Positions 1 to 9,400 of a stretch of 20,000 nt of DNA are shown piece after piece; the stretch's first letter is position 1, and each line of letters starts with the position of its first letter. Under the pieces are notes generated by a model. That model saw only the letters and a program-made list of their open reading frames with translations, was not told the origin of the DNA and searched no databases. The position numbers were made by a program, and so were the translations under genes. Source of the stretch: an uncultured virus (IMG/VR IMGVR_UViG_3300047375_000936). Its lineage: Duplodnaviria; Heunggongvirae; Uroviricota; Caudoviricetes. Location of the stretch: the IMG/VR virus record IMGVR_UViG_3300047375_000936. The stretch is one strand, 5' to 3'.

Positions 1-3000
1 GAAGCAAGTGCAAGTGTTCTTCCATATGATCAAAGAGACGGAACTGCGGATGCACTACAACAACTTAGTGCAATTGTAAAACAGATTGTATTAGGTACAT
101 ATTCTGGACAGAATACAAGTTCAGGAGATGCATCAAATATCGAAGCATACCGTGTAAAAGAATTAACTGAAATTGTAGTAGATGTTGTTAGAGCAAATAC
201 ACTAACAATATTACCTACTGAAACAACACCTAATTTAGCTGGAGCAAGTGCGCAGACACAAGCTAGTGCAGCATTAATAACAGCAACTGGCGATAGTACA
301 AGTGCTGATCTTGTACAGAGCGTTATTACATATATTAACACTAATCAAAATGGATTTAGTTATAATCAAACAAAGTGCCGTAGAGATGTTGGATACTTAA
401 TTGAATCAACTACACATGACTTATTATACACAGGCAATGTTAGTTCTTTAACAAGTGCAAGAAGTTATTTCTTAGACAGTGAAAGTCAAGTGTATGGTCA
501 AGAAACACAAACAGCAGATGCACTAACTAGACTAAAAACTGTTGCATCTCAGTGTATCCAAGGTATTGCTGTTACACCAACAGCAGGCAATACTGAAACA
601 CAGAGTTTAGTAGGACCGTATGGTACAAGCACACAATCAACTACATCAAATACGTTGTTTAACATTACAATTGATGCAATTCAAGCAGGTAACTTGTTAA
701 GTACACCAAATGACTTAGAGCCTGATACTAGTTGGGCTTCAATTGCAATGACAACTGAATTAGATAAATTAATACTTGCCAAAGCAACAGTGCAAACTGG
801 TACAATTACATTTATTAATGACAACATACTAGGCTTTAAGTATAATGTAGCAGCATGTGAAAGAGATACAAAATATATTATCGATGCTGCACTTTACGAT
901 ATGATGTATGGCGGTAACAAACAAACAAGACGTGCAGGGGAAGCATATTACACAGGAACAATCCTAAACGGCATTACAACAACAGGCGATAATGCAGATC
1001 AAGAAGGTGTTACTGAATTTACCTATAAACGTCTAGCAGATGTTATGGATAAGATTGGCAGAAATGTTACAGTCTCAACTAGTGACGGCGTAACAGTTGC
1101 ACAAGTTTATAATGCAACAGCAGGTACAAGCGATGCAACTGTAAGTATAACTGCTAACGTAACAAAAATTGCAGAAGTAATTAGCCAAGGCATTTATCCT
1201 GTATTACCAAATGAAATTGATCACGATTATGCAGCAAATGCTGAAACAAGTGCAAATGCTAAAAGAGAGCTAGTACTTGATGCTACACAAGCAATTGAAG
1301 ACGAAGCTATTAGATTACTTAACTTACAATACGGTGGAGTTGCCGAACTAGACTTGTTCCCCCAACTTGCATTTGTACAAGAAGGAACAATTGGTAGTAT
1401 GCAAAATGTTTCAACTGTAAGTACGAGTGGACATGCATTTGAATACGTTGGCGCAGGTGTTACTTATAACGCACTTCCGTTCTTTGGTGGTAGTGCTATT
1501 GCAGAAAACGAAATTACAGAAACCGATAACGGTAGAGTATTTGCAGGTGGTACTGTTGACCAAATTGGTAACTTTAGAGTTGGTAACTTCTTTGGAGTTA
1601 ACGCTCTTACAGGTGCTATTACACTAAACGCTGAAGAGATTAGTTTAAGTGGTATTGCTAGTATTGGACCGTTCAAACGCTTTGGTATTCCAGTTGGTGT
1701 TGAACTTAAAGAAGTTAGCAACAGTTCAGATCTAAGAGCAAGTACCGGACAGCCAGATCAAAATACTACACCAACACAGGTTGCGGTTGTAAACTATGTT
1801 GAAAATAGATATCTTAACAAACTAACAGGCGGTCTTGTATTAGGCGATGTACAAATCAATGCAGATCTAGCAGTAAACGGCGGTGACCTAACTACTACAT
1901 CAACAACATTCAACTTGTTTGATGATAATGCTAATATTGTAAATGCATTTGGCGGTACAACACAGTTGACGATTGGCGCGGTTGGAATTGGTACTACAAC
2001 AATTAAACACAACGTTGATATTGACTTAGATCTAAACGTTGATGGCGGGGATATTACAACTAATGTAACCGATACATTTAACTTGCTAAATGCAAATGCT
2101 AGAACAATAAACGCATTTGGCGCTGCAACAACTATTAATATGGGTGCAATATCAACTGATAGTGTGCTTACATTTAACAGTGAAATTATTATATTCAACA
2201 GTGTAGGAACGCTACAACTACCAGTTGGTACTACAGCACAACGTGGCGCAGATTCAACAGCAGCACAAGGGCAAGTTAGATATAACACAACTGATAGTGC
2301 ATTTGAAGGATACGACGGTGCTAACTGGGGTACACTAGGCGGTGTTAGAGATGTTGACCAAGATACGTTTATTCGACCAGAACAAACACCTGGATCAGAT
2401 GAAGACACATTAGAATTCTTTGCTGATGGTATTGAGCGCATGTCTCTAAACCCAACTACACTTAGAGTTGACGATACAATCTTAACTGTATTTGAAAATA
2501 CAACTGAAAGTGTTGATTGGGAAACAGGTGCAATTAGAATACTTGGCGGCGTTGGCATTGCTAGAAACTTGCATGTTCAAGGATACATTAGTGGTGATAG
2601 TAATGACATATTACAACTTACCGAAAAAGCAACTGACGAAATTTACATTCCAGCAAATACTATTAGAACTAGAGATAGCTTTAAAATTATTGCAAATGAG
2701 TCTGATAGTGCTACTGATAATATTATTGATCCAATTACACTTGCACACCACAATGAGAGTGGTAATGCTGTAATTGGTGCAGGTATTGGTTTACCGTTTG
2801 AACAAGAAATTACAAACAATAACTATGTAACTGCTGGTAGAATTGATGTTGTAAGTACAGATGTTACAACTGGTGCAGAAGACTTTGACATGGTATTCAC
2901 AACTAGAATAGCAGGCGCAAGTACAGAGAAGTTACGTTTAAGTGAAACCACAAGTACATTTACAACTAACGTACAAATTGATCAAGACTTATTTGTAACT

Positions 3001-3330
3001 GGTATACTTGATGCAGCAGGCTTTAGAGGTAGTATCTTTGCAGACGATAGTACCGAAATGCTTGATGCTGTTAACAACAGAATTATTGTTACAAACCTTG
3101 ACGCAGGTACACTTACACTAATTAACGACCTTGAAGTACAATACGGCGGTACTGGTGCAAGCACATTTACTACAGATGGTATACTTTATGGTAATGCAGC
3201 AAACCCTGTACAAGTAACAGCAGCAGCAGGCGATGCTGATATAGCTGAAAGTTTCCAAATACTTAGTGCAACAAGTGGAGCAGACTCAACACCAGTCTGG
3301 ACTGACACAATCGACGGTGGTAGCTTTTAA
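1..3330 (+). CDS. Giant virion structural / fibre-like protein, 5'-truncated (>1109 aa)
   Basis: Frame 1 reads without a stop from base 1 (EASASVLPYDQRDG...FSYNQTKCRRDVGYLIES...SESQVYGQ) into the tracked 490..3330 ORF, so the GTG at 490 is internal. Thr/Ser/Gly/Asn-rich. Shares several modules with the downstream fibre gene and ends in IDGGSF-stop. Confidence 0.85.
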   Translation, partial: EASASVLPYDQRDGTADALQQLSAIVKQIVLGTYSGQNTSSGDASNIEAYRVKELTEIVVDVVRANTLTILPTETTPNLAGASAQTQASAALITATGDSTSADLVQSVITYINTNQNGFSYNQTKCRRDVGYLIESTTHDLLYTGNVSSLTSARSYFLDSESQVYGQETQTADALTRLKTVASQCIQGIAVTPTAGNTETQSLVGPYGTSTQSTTSNTLFNITIDAIQAGNLLSTPNDLEPDTSWASIAMTTELDKLILAKATVQTGTITFINDNILGFKYNVAACERDTKYIIDAALYDMMYGGNKQTRRAGEAYYTGTILNGITTTGDNADQEGVTEFTYKRLADVMDKIGRNVTVSTSDGVTVAQVYNATAGTSDATVSITANVTKIAEVISQGIYPVLPNEIDHDYAANAETSANAKRELVLDATQAIEDEAIRLLNLQYGGVAELDLFPQLAFVQEGTIGSMQNVSTVSTSGHAFEYVGAGVTYNALPFFGGSAIAENEITETDNGRVFAGGTVDQIGNFRVGNFFGVNALTGAITLNAEEISLSGIASIGPFKRFGIPVGVELKEVSNSSDLRASTGQPDQNTTPTQVAVVNYVENRYLNKLTGGLVLGDVQINADLAVNGGDLTTTSTTFNLFDDNANIVNAFGGTTQLTIGAVGIGTTTIKHNVDIDLDLNVDGGDITTNVTDTFNLLNANARTINAFGAATTINMGAISTDSVLTFNSEIIIFNSVGTLQLPVGTTAQRGADSTAAQGQVRYNTTDSAFEGYDGANWGTLGGVRDVDQDTFIRPEQTPGSDEDTLEFFADGIERMSLNPTTLRVDDTILTVFENTTESVDWETGAIRILGGVGIARNLHVQGYISGDSNDILQLTEKATDEIYIPANTIRTRDSFKIIANESDSATDNIIDPITLAHHNESGNAVIGAGIGLPFEQEITNNNYVTAGRIDVVSTDVTTGAEDFDMVFTTRIAGASTEKLRLSETTSTFTTNVQIDQDLFVTGILDAAGFRGSIFADDSTEMLDAVNNRIIVTNLDAGTLTLINDLEVQYGGTGASTFTTDGILYGNAANPVQVTAAAGDADIAESFQILSATSGADSTPVWTDTIDGGSF

Positions 3331-3350
3331 TTAAGCTGCCACTTTTACTT
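3316..3350 (+). terminator. Probable intrinsic terminator overlapping the end of gene 1
   Basis: GGTGGTAGCTT (3316-3326) pairs with AAGCTGCCACT (3333-3343) using G-U pairs, with a TTAATT loop and a T-rich tail (TTTTACTT). Confidence 0.7.
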
Positions 3351-3354
3351 CCTA

Positions 3355-3362
3355 GATAAATA
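3355..3362 (+). promoter_or_regulatory. T4-type late promoter-like motif GATAAATA
   Basis: One mismatch from the T4 late consensus TATAAATA. It lies right after the terminator and 78 nt upstream of the fibre gene start. Confidence 0.55.
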
Positions 3363-3424
3363 ACTTAGTAGCGTATTTTACGTTTTACGATGGGCGTCTT
3401 TTTAGACTTGACCCGTACCTATAT

Positions 3425-3430
3425 AGGAGG
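3425..3430 (+). promoter_or_regulatory. Shine-Dalgarno AGGAGG for the giant fibre gene
   Basis: Perfect AGGAGG 9 nt upstream of the ATG at 3440, which favours 3440 over the TTG at 3434. Confidence 0.8.
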
Positions 3431-3439
3431 CAGTTGCAA

Positions 3440-6400
3440 ATGGCAACAAGAATTAGACACAAGCGAAGTGCGGTCGCTGGTAATCAACCTAGTGTGGCAC
3501 AATTAGACTCAGGCGAATTAGCCATCAACACAGCAGACGGTAAGGTATACTTACTACGTGATGATAACACAGTCCAAGATATAACCAAAAGAATTTTTGA
3601 AAATAATACCGAAGTTAGAGTTGATGACTTAGCTGACTCAGCAAGTGCTGAAATTAGTATGACAGTCAACGGTGACGAAAAGATGACAGTCACAAACGCC
3701 GGCTTCAATATGAAAGACGATATTGATTTAGAAGATTTTGGTAAAATAACATTTCGCGAAAGTATTGCTTCGGGTGAAGACGGCATTGGTATACAAGCTC
3801 CGTTTAACCTTCCAAACAGTTATGATTTAACCCTGCCTCTGGTTAATGGTACTGTTGGACAAATTTTAAAAACAGACGGCTTTGGTAATTTAGCATTTAG
3901 TGATCCAGATATCTTTGGCGGTAACGTAATTTATGTTAGTGCTGAACAAGGTAACGATGCCAACGATGGACAAAGTGCTCCAGTTAAAACTATTAAACGT
4001 GCTTGTAAACTTGCTAGTGCTATTGTTTATAATCCAGATGGAACAGTAACAGGTATTAGAGTAAACATCAAAGTTGCTGTTGGCGACTATACAGAAGATA
4101 ACCCACTTATTATTCCAGACAACGTTGTTGTTAAAGGCGACGGTTTGCGTGGGTGTATTGTACGTCCAGCTAATGCTAACTTGGATATGTTCCGTGTACG
4201 TAATGCTTGTTACTTTGGTGAATTTACTTTCCGTGACGGCGTTGATGATAACCAAGTTCCTCTTATTACTTGGGATTATGCTACAGTGTTTGACGATCCT
4301 AATGCTACTGATGTAACAGATAGAACCGAATACACAAATTTACCTGATACTAAACCTACTATTGTTACTTCGCCATATACACAGAACTGTTCGATTATTT
4401 CGTTCTTGGGTGGTAGTGGTGCTAAGATTGACGGTGCATTAGTTGAATCTCCAAACGTTCCTCGTTATAATATCGAAGCTGAGAATCCGGTTATTGGTGC
4501 TACACCTGAACAAGGTAAATCAATGGTTGCTAACGCATACACCATGCTTTCATTCGGTGGTACAGGCTGGCGACTACTCAACGATGCTTATGCACAGATC
4601 GTGTCTTGTTTCCAAATTTTCCTACTCAACGGTGTTTATACACAGTCAGGTGGTTATTGTTCCATTACTAACTCCGCTACAAACTTTGGATTGTATGCGT
4701 TGAGATCTAGTGGTTATTCACCAAAAGCATTTGAATTTGATAGAGCACACGTTGTATCAACTGGTGCAAGTGATGGTAAACAAACACTTACTATTGTTGG
4801 CATTAATCGTGATTCTCCAGTTGAAGAATTTGTTTTACGTTATAGAGAACCAGGATATCGTTTTGCACACGATTTACTACAAAATAAAATTACACAAATT
4901 GCTACAGATACCGATACTTGGATCCAAGGACAAATTGCAACAGCAAACTCAGGATCGTCAAGTATCTATGCTGGATTCACTTACAACGAAGAAAAGTGTC
5001 GTCGAGACACACGTTTATTAGTTGATGCTATTAGACACGATGCTGCATTAAATAGTAATGCAAGAACATTAACAGCAGCATTAACATATTTTAATGGTCG
5101 CTTTCCAGCCGATATATTTGCTGCACAAAAAGATCAGCACATTGATTCATTTGCTCAAGCAAAAACATTTACAGCTGGAATTGTACAAGACGCTACCTTT
5201 ACAAACAGAACAAATGCACTTTGGGAAGAAGTTATTGAAATACTTGACAACGGTAGCTCAACAAGCGCACCAGGAGATGAGTTAGTAGATACACGAGTAT
5301 TGCCAACAGCTATTAACACAGACAGCGGAAATGCTGTGGCGCAACTTATTGCAAACAAATTATTTTTACAAAAAGAAATTACAGCTTGGATTTCAAGTCA
5401 AGTTAACTCTAACACTGCTCCTTTCTTTACAGGATTTAATTATAATCAAGCAGCATGTGAAAATGATGTAAGTAAAATTGTTGACGCATTAACATATGAT
5501 CTTTCAACTGGAGGCAATTTGGAATCTCTTGTTGCTGCACAACAATATTTTGTTGACGGTTCGAGTGTTTATGGAACTGGACAAAAATTAACTACACTTG
5601 CTGCATGGGAAAGACTAAAAACACTTGTAGAACAACTTATCAAAGAAGAAGCAGTAAGTATATCCACAGGCAACACTGAAACTCAAGATACATCAGGTAC
5701 TCCTGCAACAGATACTGAAGCAAATTTTGCTAAAACACGTATTGGCGAAATTATACAACATATTGAAACTGATGCAGGCTTATTAGCTGATCCTATTGCA
5801 CTTGACTTAACTGCATTAAGTGTAAGTCAAACTTTACAAGATGACTTTATTAGATTAGATGCAATTGGTGCTGCTAACATTGCACAACGTGTTACTAGAT
5901 ATATTAATCAAGAAATTGATACTTACAAATGGTACGGATTTACATACGATCGTGCAAAATGTATTAGAGATACAAAATTAATTGTAGAAGCTGTTGCTAA
6001 AGATACATGGGATACTGGTAACAGATATTCACGTAGTGCTGGTTTAAGTTATTTTAGAGCTAACATAGCTGACTCAACACGTAGTGTTTTTGCTGGCGAA
6101 GAATTACAAACAATTGCAGCTATTCAACAAGCAGCTATATATGCAAATGCTGAAATTGCAAGCAAACCGCAAATTACTACTGCTATTGAAGATTTTGTAC
6201 AAAGTAGATTTAACATTGTTAGCGAAGCAATTAGATCGCCTGAAGAAATTCCATCGCCAAATGAAGTAAGTAGTGAAGGTGATATTACAAATACATTTAT
6301 TCCTACACCAACTACAACAAACTTTAATGCTGCTACTGCTGTAGCAGTAGGTACTAGTGTATTTACAATTACAGGACACGGATATGCAAACGGACAAAAA

Positions 6401-9400
6401 CTTGTTTATGACAACAACGGAAACATTTCTGTTGGCGGATTAGACGACGAGCAAACATACTATGCAGTTGTTCTCGACGAGGATACATTTACACTAACAT
6501 TTGATGATAGTTTAGAATTTCCAGTATTACTCTTTGCCAATTCTGTAAACACCGGAACGCATATTTTTAGATCTGATATTATTGAATTCTTTGTTGAAGA
6601 AATTTTAAGTTCGCACCAGACATATCAAACATTAATACTTGAATCAGGCGCTGAAAGTTATGAATTTATAGCAGGTAGAGCTATACAAGGTACAACTGGA
6701 TCAAATAACAATAGTGCATTTGTTGCAAGTTGGGAACCTGCTGAACGTAGACTAGTAGTAAGTATTGAAGAAGTAGTTGTTGGTTCTAGTGTGCTTAGAA
6801 TCCAATTTGATGCTTCAAGTACAATTACACAAGACCATGCTAGTTCTCCAAATAGTGCAATTACTATCAACGAAGTGCAAACTAAACTAGGACTTGGTAC
6901 ATCAACCTTTAGTATTACTGCTACTGACGGTAGTAGTAGTATTACAAACACAGGTAGTTTGCCTGAGAAACAAATTTGGTTCCACAGACCGAGTATTGTT
7001 AACTCATCATCACACACTTGGGAATTCTCAGGTTCAGGTACAGACTATAATGCTTTACCACAAAACGGCGGTAACACACGAGGCGAATTTGAACAGTATG
7101 AAGAATTACCAGGACGTGTTTATTCGTCAGGTACAAACGAACTTGGTGACTTTAAAGTTGGTGACTTTATTACAGCGTTCAACAGAACAGGTAACATTAC
7201 ATTTAGAAACAAAGTGCAGGTGGATGAACTTGACGCTTTGAAACTAAGTTTGAGTGATGTTGCTATTGAAGAAATTTCAACCGATGTTAACTTAGGTGAC
7301 GATGAAATTGGCGGACCGAGTGATGCACGTTTAACAACACAGTTAGCTATTAGATCGTTTATTAGTAACAGACTAGGTGGCTTTGTTGACAAAACTGTGT
7401 CAACTGCTGCTGTTCCGGGTGCTATTGTACAGCTTAACGTTAATGGACAGTTAAACGGCGAACTTATTCCAGCTACACGTCAGTTTACAAATACAAACAC
7501 AGATGGTTATAATTCAAGATTACTACAAGCAGATGATATTCCAGCAAAGGATTTAAGTGCTGGTGACATTGCTACTGAAAATTACGAACAAATTGAACTT
7601 ACACTAAGCGGTAACATTACTGCCCTCGACGGTGCTACAATTACACAGCCAGGAGTAGCAGGCGCTATTGGTTATGCAAAAGGAAACTTCCAAACAAGTG
7701 GTAACATTCTTGTTGCTACAATCGACGGAGCATGGGACGCAACAGACGATAGTTTAGGTGCTCCGTGGGACTTTACAAACAACTTAAACTTGTTTGTTGA
7801 TGGAGTTGATAGTGGAGTACACCCAACTGCGACAGGTGCATCAACTGAGCTTATTGATAACTTCTTCTTAAAAAGTTCAAACACAAGTCAGTTCTTAATA
7901 CTTGATCCAGCTGGTACTTTTAACTTTACTATCAATACAATTACTAGTGTAGCAAGATCGAGTAACATACAAACTCATATTACTGGCACAGCACACGGAC
8001 TAAACGTAGGAAACCAAGTACGTGTAGTATGTAATGAAGACGAAACGTTTAATGTTAACGGCGAAGTATTAAGTACTCCGACATCAACATCGTTTACTAT
8101 TGCAAATACAGGTATTGATTTTAGTACAACATCACGAACAGGTGACGTGTTTAGCATTGTTACAAGTGCTGACGGTGGCGCTCAAGGTGCTGTTACTGAA
8201 GAAAGATTTGGTGTTTGCGTAAATGTTGATAACGCTAACCTTACAGGCGGTACTGGATATACACCAACTAATGGTAACGTAATTTATAGAAATGTTTCAT
8301 TTACAAATGTTACTGGATCTGGTTCTGGTGCAAAAGCAAACATTACAGTTACAGCAGGTCTTGTTAGCGATGTTGATATTTCAGCAGGTGGTACAGGATA
8401 TGCATTTGGTGATAGACTAAGTGCTAATGCCGCAGATATCGGCGGTACAGGTAGTAACTTTGAAATCACAATCGGTGCTATTGAAAATAGAGCATATGTT
8501 AACATAATCGGCGGTGAGCTATTTGTTGCTTCGCAATCATCACAAGACTTTGTTGAAGATGTAGATGCTGTAAATACAGCGTTTGATATTGGTTTAGACA
8601 ATGTTAGAAGTATTAACTTTTTAGCAGGTACTCTAGCAGGCGGCGGCAGTGTTAACTATACAGATAGTCGAATTACAGTAGCTGACCACGGATTTATAGA
8701 CGGTGATCCAGTAACATACGATACCAACGGTAACGTTCCAATTGGCGGATTGCTAAACGAAAGAGTCTACTATGCAAAACGTATCACTGATGATATTTTT
8801 GAAGTATACGAAGATTACTCATTATTAAATCAAATGGAGTTTTTAACTACTCCACTTAACAACAACCACAACTTTAGTTTACATCAGATCAACATCACTG
8901 ATGACAGTGTACTTGTACGCAACCACGGACTAACAACTGGTGATGCTGTTAGATTTAACACACTAACAGATGGAAGTACTAGTAATGCACTTCCAAATAT
9001 TGCTGGTGATTCAATGACAGACGGTTCACGCTTCTTTGTTGGTTCGATTACAACTAACTCGTTTACATTGCACACACTGCGTAGTGATGCATTAAGTAGT
9101 ATTAATGGACTTGTAACAAACAGAACAATTATTGGTACAAAAGGCGCAGGTGCTGCTAGAGTAACACCAAGTAACGTACAAGTTACTGGTGTTGTAAACA
9201 CATCTAGTAGAATTAAATCAAACTGGAACACTCTTGCTGCTACAAACATTGATGCTGAAAACATTATTTCTGGTACAATTTCACCTTCTAGATTATCATT
9301 AGCAGGTGTTCCAAACAGTGATAGTTTCTTAAGAGGTGATAGTAGTTATCAAACTGTTGTTCAAAGTATTAAAAAAGCAGCAACAACTGATAACCCAATT

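Noticed and set aside
490..492. GTG start for gene 1 given by the ORF track
   Set aside because: The frame is open to base 1, the upstream translation contains the same repeat family, and there is no RBS. The gene starts outside the window.
3331..3439. tRNA or known riboswitch in the intergenic region
   Set aside because: No cloverleaf or T-loop, and no riboswitch consensus that I recognise. It is kept only as a candidate structured leader.
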